A stretch of 64,000 nucleotides of DNA from Mustelus asterias. Taxonomy: Eukaryota. The DNA is taken from assembly GCF_964213995.1 (NCBI RefSeq), contig NC_135817.1, positions 70,742,001 through 70,806,000 on the forward strand, given 5' to 3'. Position numbers and translations under genes: made by a program. Shown here piece by piece: positions 15,169-26,736 of the stretch (position 1 is the first letter of the stretch; every line of letters starts with the position of its first letter). The notes beneath the pieces are model-generated. The model searched no databases and had not been told where the DNA came from. It saw only the letters and a list, made by a program, of their open reading frames with translations.

Positions 15169-15844
15169 TTTTTTTTAATATACTTTTCCAATTCAATCAA
15201 ATCAAGTCCAATTCAGAGTCTCAACAAGTTGAGACATTTCCGATCCAAGCTGACAAGACAGGGTGGTGCGACCCTTTACCCTGTCTTGGGCCTGATCCAC
15301 ATGAGCCAAGCTGATTGGAGTACGCGGAGGTTTCCTCCTCCAAGGCTTGATCTCATTTGCATCTTAGCCAAAAGGCCGAGATGCCGCTTTTAAAACTTGC
15401 TTCATATGAAAATGAAGCTTAAATGCAACCCAATGACCTCAACCAAGTGCAGCATCCGTATAATCGCTTCTCGATCTTTTGGCTAAGATCAAGTGTAGTA
15501 TGGTCGGCAGCCCATGGTCGGCCGCACTTGGTTGAGGTCATTAGGTTACACTAAAGCTTCATATGTTTCATATGAAGCAATTTTTTAAAGCGGCATCTCG
15601 GCCTTTTGGCTAAGATGCAAATGAGCTCAAGTCTTGGAGGAGGAACCTCCCCCTTCTCCAATCAGCTTGGCTCATGTAGATCGGGCCCAGGACAGGGTGG
15701 TTTGGTCGCTCGCCCTGTCTTGTCAGCCTGGATCTGAAATGTCTCAACTTGTTGAGACTCTGAATTGGATTTGATTTGATTGAATTGGAAAAGTATTTTT
15801 TTTAAAATCCGTATAACTACACTTGATCTTAGCCAAAAGGCCGA
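15169..15844 (-). mobile_element. U2 snRNA-headed retroposon (SINEU/Keno-like), outer copy
   Basis: 14-bp TSD aaacccattaacaa at 15155-15168 and 15845-15858, poly(A) tail, and a U2 5' fragment at the 5' end (~15816-15844). Confidence 0.85.
15463..15806 (+). mobile_element. U2 snRNA-headed retroposon, inner antisense copy
   Basis: Begins with U2 nt 1-39 (atcgcttctcgatcttttggctaagatcaagtgtagtat). TSD atccgtata at 15454-15462 and 15807-15815. Body homologous to the outer copy. Confidence 0.85.
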
Positions 15845-15989
15845 AAACCCATTAACAAAACTTCTCTTTCTCACTCATGTAATTACCTAACTTCCCCTTA
15901 ATTTCATCTGTATTGTTTGCCTCAAGTACGACATGAGTTCCACATTCTCGCCACTCTGAGTAAAGAATTGATTCATTGGTGACCATTTT

Positions 15990-16270
15990 AGCAGCATAGT
16001 GGTTAGCACTGCTGCCTCACAGTGCCAGGAACCCGGGTTCGATTCCCGGCTTGCGTCACTGTCTGTGTGGAGTTTGCATGTTCTCCCTGTGTCTGCGTGG
16101 GTTTCCTCCGGGTGCTCTGGTTTCCTCCCACAGCCTGAAAGACGTGCTGATTAGGTTCATTGACCTGAACAGGCTCCGGAGTGTGGCGACCAGGGGAATT
16201 TCACAGTAACTTCATTGCAGTGTTAATGTAAGCCTTACTTGTGACAAATAAATAAACTTTAACTTTACTT
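15990..16270 (+). mobile_element. V-SINE, Rex1-type tail
   Basis: Same head and tail as 12211-12505. Confidence 0.9.
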
Positions 16271-18554
16271 TATCTTAAACTTGTGACTCTTGGTTTTGAA
16301 CTCCCCATTGCACTCACCCCTCTGCCCCTCTCTGTGATTAATTAATTAAGTGCAAATAACTGTACAAAGAACTCCGAATTTTGTCAACTCCAATCCATTT
16401 TAATCTTTATACATTGCTGAGTTGTTTTTGAATCAGTTCACAGAGCATTAGTAGTTATATTACAATCCAAAATCGTATGCAAGGATAGACGTGGCAAAAA
16501 GAATTTAAAAAAACAGTTGCATACCAAAAAGAAATCATGAAAACACAATTCATTACGGTTAAACAACCGGGTCAGGCATCAACATTCCCAAATATCTCTA
16601 ATTCTGCCCTAATTGTAATGATGGTCTAGATCTAACACTGAGCAGAAAGCCTCAGTTACTTTCTCCCCAGTATTAATCGGCCTTTAATGGTATTTCAGCT
16701 TACACATTCTAACTGGCTATTTCATTATAAGTATTTTGGAATGTGTTGAAGTTATGAATGGAACTCGATAAATGCAAGCCTCGATAAATTCTAAACCATC
16801 TCCAGTATGGTGATACAGTTGCTTAGTCTTCAGCTTCAAATGCAGGCACAACCCATTAAAGTTCATGTCACGCAATTCAGCTCTCTGTTTATCATGGGGT
16901 GTATGTAGGCATTTCCCACAGCATCCTGTACACCTGACCGTACATCTCTTGATGTCCAATCATTGGTGGAGATAGATTGTGAATGACACAAATGAAAGTG
17001 CTTGTGGTCAAAATGGGAAATCAGTTTCATCTGTGGACAAGTTTGCAGTGGAAGTTAGATAAATTATATCTTTAACAAGAGCACTCTGACATATGTTTAT
17101 TTTAAGTTGGAAACAGCAGAATTCTAAGCTTGTCTAAGCTTGGAGCTAAATAGGATGGAGGGTTATAGATAGGTCTGGAAGGTAGGGATGTGTTCGGCAC
17201 AACTTGTGGGCCGAAGGACCTGTTTGTGCTGTAGTTTTTCTATGTTTCTATGTTTTTCAATTGGACTATTTTGGACTTCAAGGTCCGATAGATTGGCATT
17301 TGTTGCTCCAGTGAGTTCTGCTTGTAACTGTTGTTCTTTTATCACTTGGCACTGTTGGTTCAAATTCGTCATCAATATCCTGGGAACAAGAAATGATAAA
17401 CATGGTGAATGAGAGATTGCAAAAATGGAAGATTGTAGTATTGTTGTGGCATGCTCAGTGTATAGAACCATAGAAAATTACAGCTCAGAAACAAGCCTTT
17501 TGGCCCTTCTTGTCTGTGCCGAACCATTTGTTGCCTAGTCCCACTGACCTGCACTTGGACCATATCCCTCCACACCCCTCTCATCCATGAACCCGTCCAA
17601 GTTTTTCTTAAATGTTAAAAGCATTTACCACTTTATCCGGCAGCTCATTCCACACTCCCACCACTCTCTGCGTGAAGAAGCTCCCCCTAATATTCCCTTT
17701 AAACTTTTCTCCTTTCACCCTCAACCCATGCCCTCTGGTTTTTTTCTCCCCTAGCCTCAGTGGAAAAAGCCTGCTTGGATTCACTCTATCTATACCCATC
17801 AAAATCTTATACACCTCTATCAAATCTCCCCTCAATCTTCTACGCTCCAGGGAATAAAGTCCCAACCTATTCAATCTCTCTCTGTAACTCAGCTTCTCAA
17901 GTCCCGGCAACATCCTTGTGAACCTTCTCTGCACTCTTTTAACCTTATTTACATCCTTCCTGTAACTAGGTGACCAAAACTGTACACAATACTCCAAATT
18001 CGGCCTCACCAATGCCTTATATAACCTTACCATAACACTCCAACTTTTATACTCGATACTTCGATTTATAAAGGCCAATGTACCAAAGGCACTCTTTACG
18101 ACCCTATCCACCTGTGACGTCACTTTTAGGGAATTCTGTACCTGTATTCCCAGATCCCTCTGTTCAACTGCACTCTTCAGAGTCCTACCATTTCCCCTGT
18201 ACATTCTACTTTGGTTTGTCCTTCCAATGTGCAATATCTCACACTTGTCTGCGTTAAATTGCATTTGCCATTTTTCAGCCCATTTTTCTAGTTGGTCCAA
18301 ATCCCTCTGCAAGCTTTGAAAACCTTCCTCACTGCCCACTACACCTCCAATCTTTGTATCATCAGCAAACTTGCTGATCCAATTTACCACATTATCATTC
18401 GGATCATTGATATAGATCTCAAACAACAATGGACCCAACACCGATCCCTGCGGCACAGTCCAACGCCGGCATCTCCACATCATGCACACCACTAGTCACA
18501 GGCCTCCACTCAGAGAAGCAATCCTCCACAACCACTCTCTGGCTTCTTCCATTG

Positions 18555-19372
18555 ATGTGGAGATGCCGGCGTTGGACTGGGGTAAGCACAGTAAGAAGTC
18601 TCACAACACCAGGTTAAAGTCCAACAGGTTTATTTGGTAGCAAATACCATAAGCTTTCGGAGCAATGCTCCTTCGTCAGATGGAGTGGTCTCTGTTCTCA
18701 AACAGGGCACAGACACAGAAATCAAATTACAGAATACTGATTAGAATGCAAATCTCTACAGCCAGCCAGGTGTTAAATGTACAGACAATGTGGGTGGAGG
18801 GAGCATTCAACACAGGTTAAAGAGATGTGTATTGTCTCCAGACAGTACAGCTTGTGAAATTGTGCAAGTCCAGGAGGCAAGCTGTGGGGGTTACTGATAA
18901 TGTGACATAAATCCAACATCCCGGTTTAGACCGTCCTCATGTGTGCGGAACTTGGCTATCAGTTTCTGCTCAGTGACTCTGTGCTGTCGTGTGTCATGAA
19001 GGCCGCCTTGGAGAACGCTTACCTGAAGATCTAAGGCTGAATGCCCGTGACTGCTGAAGTGCTCCCCCACAGGAAGAGAACAGTCTTGCCTGGTGATTGT
19101 CAAGCGGTGTCTTTCCTGTCTGGAAACAATACACATCTCTTTAACCTGTGTTGAATGCTCCCTCCACCCACATTATCTGTACCTTTAAGACCTGGCTGGC
19201 TGTAGAGATTTGCATTCTAATCAGTATTCTGTAATTTGATTTCTGTGTCTGTGCCCTGTTTGAGAACAGAGACCACTCCATCTGACGAAGGAGCATTGCT
19301 CCGAAAGCTTATGGTATTTGCTACCAAATAAACCTGTTGGACTTTAACCTGGTGTTGTGAGACTTCTTACTG
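18555..19372. mobile_element. Penelope-like element, inverted pLTR pair with GIY-YIG C-terminal fragment
   Basis: TSD ttcttccattg at 18544-18554 and 19373-19383; PVGEHF..EQKLIAKFRTHEDGLN motif. Confidence 0.92.
19278..19314 (+). ncRNA. Minimal type-I hammerhead ribozyme motif in Penelope pLTR (identical copy on the minus strand at 18647-18683)
   Basis: ccat-CTGACGA-a-ggagca t tgctcc-GAAA-gc-tt-atgg. Confidence 0.75.
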
Positions 19373-21239
19373 TTCTTCCATTGAGCCAGTGTCTAATCCA
19401 ATTTACTACCTCCCCATGTATACCTAGCGACTGAACCTTCCTAACTAACCTCCCATCAGGGACCTTGTCAAAGGCTTTGCTGAAATCCAGGAAGACAACA
19501 TCCACCGCCTTCCTTTCATCCACTTTCCTAGTAACCTCCTCGAAAAACTCTAATAGATTGGCCAAGCATGACCTACCACGCACAAAGCCATGTTGACTCT
19601 CCCTAATAAGTCCCTGTCTATCCAAATATTTGTAGATCCTATCCCTTATCACACCTTCCAATAACTTGCCCACCACCGACGTCAAACTTACTGGCCTATA
19701 ATTTCCCGGATTTCTTTTGGAACCTTTTTTAAACAACGGAACAACATGAGCCACCCTCCAATCATCCGGCACCTCCCCCGTGAATACTGACATTTTAAAT
19801 ATGTCTGCCAGGGCCCCTGCAAGTTCAGCACTAGCTTCCCTCAAGGTCCGTGGGAATACCCTGTCTGGTCCTGGGGATTTATCCACTCTGATTTGCCTCA
19901 AGACAGCGAGCACCTCCTCCCCTTTAATCTGTAAAGGTTCCATGACTTCCCTACCTGTTTGCCCTATTTCCGTAGACTCCATGCCCGTTTCCTCAGTAAA
20001 TACGGATGCAAAAAAACCATTTAGTATCTCCCCCATCTCTTTTGGTTCCATACAGTCTACCACTCTGGTCTTCAAGAGGACCAATTTTATCCCTCACTAT
20101 CCTTTTGCTCCTAACATACCTATAGAAGCTCTTTGGATTTTCCTTCACTCTGTCTGCCAAAGCAACCTCATGTCTTCTTTTAGCCCTCCTGATTTCCCTC
20201 TTAAGTAGCTTCTTGCACTTTTTATACTCCTCGAGCATCTGATGTGTTCCCTGCTGCCTGTACATTTCATACAACTCTCTCTTCCTCTTAATCAGTGTTA
20301 CAATCTCCCTCGAGAACCAAGGTTCCTTATTCCTATTTACTTTGCCTTTAATCCTGACAGGAACATACAAACTCTGCGCTCTCAAAATTTCTCCTTTGAA
20401 GGCCTCCCACTTTCCATTTACATCCTTACCAGAGAACAGCCTGTGCCAATCCACACTTCCCAGATCCCTTCTCATTTCATCAAATTTGGCCTTTTTCCAG
20501 TTCAGAACTTCAACCCGAGGACCAGATCTATCCTTATCCATGATCAGGTTGAAACTAATGGCATTATGATCACTGGATCCAAAGTGTTCCCACACACTCA
20601 CATCCATCACCTGCCCTAACTCATTTCCCAATAGGAGATCCAATATCGCATCCTCTCCAGTTGGCACCTCTATATACTGATGTAGAAAATTCTCCTGAAC
20701 ACATTTTACAAACTCTACCCCGTCTAAACCTTTAACAGTATGCGAGTCCCAATCTATATGTGGAAAATTAAAATCCCCTACTATCACAACTTTGTGTTTC
20801 TTGCAGTTGTCAGCTATCTCTCCGCTGATTTGCTCCTCCAATTCTCGCTGACTATTGGGTGGTCTATAATACAACCCCATTAACGTGGTCATACCTTTCC
20901 TGTTTCTCAGCTCCACCCCTGAGAATTACTAAGAACAACCAATTTAAGATTGTCAGTGGGGCTCGCAGTGTGGCACATTTGTGTGCACTGGAAGCTACAT
21001 ATATTAATGCACAGGATGGGTTTATTAATTAACTTTGTGGATAGGTAACCTTTCCAAAGGGTGGCCTGTGGCATCCGCTGTGGCCTGGTATTCAGAGAGG
21101 ACTTCAAAGTCTGCCTGGAGTGCGGGTCCCTAATCCATGCTGGTTTGTCCGTAATGCCATGGATGGAGCAGTCAGTAGCGTGGCGGAGAGGGTGGGGTTG
21201 TTGGGCATGTTTGTAGAACTTTCTAGAGACCTGTACGCA

Positions 21240-21590
21240 CAATCAAGTGTAGCAGTGGTGGAGTGCTGCACTATTAACAGTGCCATCTTTCAGATTCAGT
21301 GTTAAACCATGATGTCATCTGCTCTCAAAGCTGGATGCAAAATATTCCACGCTATTATTCAAAGAATGGAGCAAGATTTTCCTCAGTATCTTGGCCAATA
21401 TTTCTCTCTGTGCCAACATCACTAAAGCAGATATCTGGCCATACTGTTTATGGGATCTTGCTGTGGGAAAATTGGCTGCCACATTACCTACATTGCACAG
21501 TGAGCACACATCAAATTGCCTAATTGATTGTCAAGTGATTTGAGCCATCCTGAGGTCATGAAAGATGCTATATCAATGCGAATTTGTTGT
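21240..21590 (+). mobile_element. DeuSINE (SacSINE1-like); other copies at ~23430-23650 and ~27640-27995
   Basis: Deu-domain motif gggatcttgctgtg..aaattggctgcc..cctacatt. Confidence 0.7.
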
Positions 21591-21725
21591 TTTTCTCTTT
21601 GGAAATTTTGACAACCTCTGCAATGAAAGAGTGTAAATCAAGCACGTATGAACAATGGGTTACGCTCACCTCTGTTTGCTGCCATAATCAAACAAATAGT
21701 TGAATATGCAGTAGGTTTCTTCATG

Positions 21726-22050
21726 GGGCGACACAGTGGCACAGTGGTTAGCACTGCTGTCTCACAGCACCAGGGACCCGGGTTTGATTCCTGGCTTGGG
21801 TCACTGTCGGTGTGGGGTTTGCACGCTCCCCCCGTGTCTGCATGGGTTTCCTCCAGGTGCTCTGGTTTCCTCCCACAATCTAAAGATGTGCGGGTTAGGT
21901 GGATTGGCCATGCTAAATTGCCCCTTAGTGTCAGGGCGACTAGCTAGGGCAAATGCATGGGATTATGGAGATGGGACCTGTTTGGGATTGTGGTCAGTGT
22001 GGACGCGGTGGGCCAAATGGCCTCCTTCTGCACTGTAGGATTCTATGATT
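21726..22050 (+). mobile_element. HE1-like V-SINE, CR1-type tail
   Basis: Homologous to 1466-1785. Confidence 0.9.
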
Positions 22051-22178
22051 ATATTTATGTGACTTTTTCATTAAATTTAGTGAACGGAGGAATAGAGACC
22101 TCACAAAAAAATGAGCAAAGGCTATCAATGTGTCACTGATCCTCCACTGGGTACAATCTTCTTCATCAGGTACTTCCT

Positions 22179-22211
22179 TCAGTTTCTTTCACTTCCTGGT
22201 GAAATAATCAC
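22179..22211 (-). CDS. VJ-C1 receptor, cytoplasmic tail exon (VIISPGSERN*)
   Basis: Acceptor gattttgtag| in phase 0, matching the TM donor; TGA after 10 codons. Confidence 0.7.
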   Translation of the reverse strand: MIISPGSERN

Positions 22212-22344
22212 CTACAAAATCTCAAAGAAGGGCAAATCTCAAAATTCTAAATAATGTTATAATGAACAGTGTCATTCTAAGATGACCGATTGCACTCAAC
22301 ATTTGGTCACCTCTTTTTATGATGACCTATTGATCCAGTTCATA

Positions 22345-22610
22345 TCACTGTCTGTGTGGAGTTTGCACATTCTCCTCGTGTCTGCGTGGGTTTCCTCCGG
22401 GTGCTCCGGTTTCCTCCCACAGTCCAAAGATGTGTGGGTTAGGTTGTTTGGCCAGGTTAAAAATTGCCCCTTAGAGTCCTGGGATGTGTAGGTTAGAGGG
22501 ATTAGCGGGTAAATATGTGGGGGTAGGGCCTGGGTGGGATTGTGGTCGGTGCAGACTCGATGGGCCGAATGGCCTCCTTCTGCACTGTAGGGTTTCTATG
22601 TTTCTATGTT
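22345..22610 (+). mobile_element. 5'-truncated HE1-like V-SINE
   Basis: V-domain plus CR1-type tail. Confidence 0.88.
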
Positions 22611-22965
22611 TATATCTGAAGGTGTTTGAGTATGATGAATTATAATGGGAGGCACTTTTCACTTATAGAGTTATTTGCTGCATGGACCAGGGACCAGATC
22701 ACACACCTTTTTAAGTAGGGAGTTCATTTGTGGGATGAGGAGAACATAATTCTTGCCCAATGCAAACAAAAATCTATCGGAAAGAAGCGACACAACAAAG
22801 GTCTGGAGGAGGGGTTTGGCAGTCTGGGTTATTAATAAATGAACTTAAAGTGATACAAATAGAAAAAGCTTGAATTTCATACAGCCCACTGGTCCCAGAC
22901 GAAACCTAATAATCCAGCAGACACCACACATGCTTCATAAAATGGCAATAAATGAGAGAACTTAC

Positions 22966-23075
22966 ATGAAGTCTGAAATATAAAATAAAGGCTGACATCG
23001 CAATCAGTGTTGCCACAACAAGGATCATGAGTCTTAGTACCGTTGCCCACGTCAAACTTTTGTTATCCTTTACAT
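22966..23075 (-). CDS. VJ-C1 receptor, stalk/transmembrane exon (DVKDNKSLTWATVLRLMILVVATLIAMSAFILYFRLH)
   Basis: Acceptor ctcttcacag|, donor CAT|gtaagt, phase 1/0, in frame with the C1 exon. Hydrophobic stretch with an Arg near its N-terminal end. Confidence 0.9.
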
Positions 23076-23656
23076 CTGTGAAGAGTTATTGAGAAGGCAG
23101 TATATGACTATACACTGATAGGCAGACATTGAAATAAAACCGTTTCATTATCAACGTATCGACTTTAATGGAGATTTTGTTTAACCATTACACACATTTA
23201 AGCTTATTTATTAGTGTCACAAGTAGGCTTACATTAACACTGCAATGAAGTTACTGTGAAAATCCCCTAGTCGCCACACTCCGGCGCCTGTTTGGGTACA
23301 GTGAGGGAGAATTTAGCATGGCCAATGCACCTAACCAGCACGTCTTTCAGCCTGTGGGAGGGAACTGGAGCACCCGGAGGAAACCCTACATGAAATGATA
23401 CAAATGAATTGAATTTATGGAGGTCAGCTTGGGTCAGTTAGTCGCATTCGCTGCAGTGCACAGTCTAGGCTGACATTTCACTGGGGAACTCCTGTCAATC
23501 TCTGGATGAACACAGTAAGAGTTTTAACAACACCAGGTTAAAAGTTTTTCAGTATCTTGTCTGGATGAAACATTAAAGAAATGTCCTTCTTCAGGCACAC
23601 GTTAACCATCACGCTATTCAAAGAAGCTTAGGAAGTTCTCTGTTCTCGCAATCAAT

Positions 23657-25025
23657 AGGTTAAAGTCCAACAGGTTTATTTGGTAGCACAGGATTTCGGA
23701 GTCTCAGGTTCCTTCTTCAGGTGAGTGAGGAGTTGTGTTCACAAACAGGGCATATACAGACACAAACTCAATTTACAAGATAATCATTGGAATGCGAGTC
23801 TTTACAGGTAATCAAGTCTTAAAAGTACGGACAATGTGAGTGGAGAAAGAGTTAAGCACTTATTAAGAGGTGTGAATTGTCTCCAGCCAGGACAGTTAGT
23901 GAGATTTTGCAAGCCCAGCACGTCATGGGGGTTATAGATAGTGTGACATGAACCCAAGATCCTGGTTGAGGCCGTCCTCATGTGTGCGGAACTTGGCTAT
24001 CAGTTTCTGCTTAGCGATTCTGCGTTGTTGTGTGTCGTGAAGGTCGCCTTGGAGAACGCTTACCCGAAGATCAGAAGCTGAATGCCCGTGACCGCTGAAG
24101 TGTTCCCCGACAGGAAGAGAACAGTCTTGCCTGGTGATTGTCGAGCGGTGTTCATTCATCCGTTGTCGTAGTGTCTGCATGGTCTCCCCAATGTATCATG
24201 CCTCGGGACATCCTTTCCTGCAGCGTATCAGGTAGACAACGTTGGCCGAGTTGCAAGAGTATGTTCTGTGTATCTAGTGGATAGGGTTCTCACGTGAGAT
24301 GATGGCATCCGTGTCGATGATCCGGCACGTCTTGCCGAGGTTGCTGTGGCAGGGTTGTGTGGTGTCATGGTCACTGTTCTCCTGAAGGCTGGGTAGTTTG
24401 TTGCGGACAATGGTCTGTTTGAGGTTGTGCGGTCGTTTGAAGGCAAGAAGTGGGGTGTGGGGATGGCCTTGGCGAGATGTTCGTCTTCATCAATGATATG
24501 TTGAAGGGTCCGGAGAAGATGTCGTAGCTTCTCCGCTCTGGGGAAGTACTGGACGATGAAAGGTACTCTGTCCACCATGTCCTGACACACGACAACGCAG
24601 AATCGCTGAGCAGAAACTGATAGCCAAGTTCCACACACACGAGGACGGCCTCAACCGGGATCTTGGGTTCATGCCACACTATCTATAACCCCCACGACTT
24701 GCCTGGGCTTGCAAAATCTCACTAACTGTCCTGGCTGGAGACAATTCACACCTCTTTAACCTGTGCTTGGCCCTCTCTCCACTCACATTGTCTGTACCTT
24801 TAAGACTTGATTACCTGTAAAGACTTGCATTCCAATCATTATCTTGTAAATTGAGTTTGTGTCTGTATATGCCTGTTATTGAACACAACTCTTCACTCAC
24901 CTGAAGAAGGAGCCTGAGACTCCGAAAGCTAGTGCTGCCAAATAAACCTGTTGGACTTTAACCTGGTGCTGTGAGACTTCTTACAGTGCCTTTCCCAGTC
25001 CAACGCCGGCATCTCCACATCATGG
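23657..25025. mobile_element. Penelope-like element with inverted pLTRs and GIY-YIG endonuclease remnant (C1-TM intron)
   Basis: LRQRMNEHR..PVGEHF..GLN ORF at 23932-24180; inverted ~440-bp arms. Confidence 0.92.
24898..24934 (+). ncRNA. Minimal hammerhead ribozyme motif in Penelope pLTR
   Basis: cac-CTGAAGA-a-ggag cctgaga ctcc-GAAA-gc-ta-gtg. Confidence 0.72.
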
Positions 25026-25174
25026 CTCCCACTCAACACCAGAAAACAAAGCAGATGAAGAATGCTGTCCAGTGAGGCAGATTAGAAATTAAAGCATCAG
25101 TCATCGATTTTGTTTTACTGGTGAGGCATTACATTTAATACCATCTATACAATAGGACATGGTGTTATTTTTAC

Positions 25175-25480
25175 CTTCATTCGGAGCAGAAATCATTTCA
25201 GTGATGGGTGCGGACAGTGTTGAGTGGTTCACTTGACAGGAATAATTCCTGCCTTCATTCCAGTCAAATAGAGAAAGATTCAGGAAGCTTATAATGGAGA
25301 ATGAGCCATCAGTGTTAGCACAGAGCCTCCCATTCTTGGTGCCATTGGTGATCAACTGTCCATCTTGAAACCAGGACACTTGAATGTTCTCAGGGTAGAA
25401 CTCCAGTGAGATGCAGATTAGCTGTATACCTTCATGAGGGTAAGGCAAAGTCTCTGCTCTTAACTGAACAGTGGGAGAAG
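25175..25480 (-). CDS. VJ-C1 receptor, C1-set Ig domain exon
   Basis: 306 bp, phase 1/1, acceptor gattttcag| and donor GAAG|gtaaaa. Motifs LIC..EFYPENIQVSW..NTDGSFS..DWNEGRNYSCQVNHSTL. Confidence 0.96.
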
Positions 25481-25762
25481 CTGAAAATCAATTGTAACAA
25501 GTTATACCTTTCATTTCCAATCTTCACTCAGCCTGTACATTTTTCTACTGTTTCCGTCAACCATTACTTTGTGAGTTTATGTCTACGGTGAGACCTGTGT
25601 TTAAAAGCTAACCACAGACGTTTTTAAAAGTTGTATTCGGCTGTTCCTGAATTCTCCAGCCATTTATCAAATTCTCCTATGCTGTGACCCCTGTTATCAG
25701 ATACAAGGTCTGACTGGCTCCCCCCTTGTTTCCTTCAAGATTCTGCTGAATGAAAAAATGTA

Positions 25763-26035
25763 AAGTTTATTTATTAATCACAAGTAAGGCTTACATTAAC
25801 ACTGCAATGAAGTTACTGTGAAATTTCCCTCGTCGCCACATCCGGCGCCTGTTCGGGTCAATGCGCCCTAACCAGCACATCTTTCAGAATGTGGGAGGAA
25901 ACTGGAGCACCCGGAGGAAACCCACGCAGACATGACGAGAACGTGCAAACTCCACACAGACAGTGACCCAAGGCAGGAATCAAATCCAGGTCCCTGGCGC
26001 TGTGAAGCAGCGGTGCTAACCACTGTGCTACCGCA
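25763..26035 (-). mobile_element. V-SINE, Rex1-type tail
   Basis: Homologous to 15990-16270. Confidence 0.9.
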
Positions 26036-26736
26036 TCAAGATTACTGTTTGCTCCCAGTCTGGATACTCCTGATTCCCCTTCCCCCTCAGGCCTCCATTT
26101 CATTTCCTATGTTGTTGTTGGTGGTGGGTGACTGAGTTTGCTGACTTCCTTGAAGTGATTTAGGAGGAAGGCATCGAGATGGGAACCAACGCAAGAAACA
26201 CAAAACCAAGGGCTAAGATTGGAATAGGCACTGGCTCGACCATCTCAGTGTCTCCAAACTGTCTCTTTTACTTTCTAAGAAAAAATAAGAACAGACCAGA
26301 CAGGTTGTGCGGGAAGTTGGTTTGAATGTTGTCACTCGGGGAAAAATGTTGGGAAGCATTCCAACTCTGCAAATTGATTGCAAATTTTCTACATGAGTTT
26401 TTCTGTAAGACATTTTAGGCCTGAAAGATTTAATATATTTGATTTAATTATAGATAAAATTGGATAAATTATCCCTAACTTGTTGGAATTAAAACATAAT
26501 AACCACAAGTTACACAGTGAATGTTGGAGGGTGGGGAATGGAAAATAATTTATCTCTGAGCAAAATCTTTGGATTGAATTGGATTCGCCGAGAAATCCTC
26601 AAGCAGCAGTTGTTACATTTAATAACTAACCCATGCAGATTACTAAAATGGTTTTGAGCGTCCTGTATGGACTGTGCCACATTCAGAGAGAGGGGTGATC
26701 AATTCTGTCAAAATCACCGTAACCATTGTTGTTAAT

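Larger units (their letters stand above)
17462..20918 (-). mobile_element. CR1-clade LINE (HER1-like), 5'-truncated, ORF2 EN+RT disrupted
   Basis: GDFNFP/SDHN endonuclease motifs, NYRPVSLTS, LDFSKAFD, PQGSVLGP, KFADD, and a microsatellite-like tail. Frameshift near 20060 and Penelope insertions. Confidence 0.95.

Noticed and set aside
15463-15501. U2 snRNA gene
   Set aside because: Only the first 39 nt are present, fused to an unrelated body and bounded by TSDs; no Sm site or 3' domain.
15169-15844. Single DIRS or fold-back transposon with long terminal inverted repeats
   Set aside because: Two independent TSDs and two heads and tails are better explained by nested retroposons.
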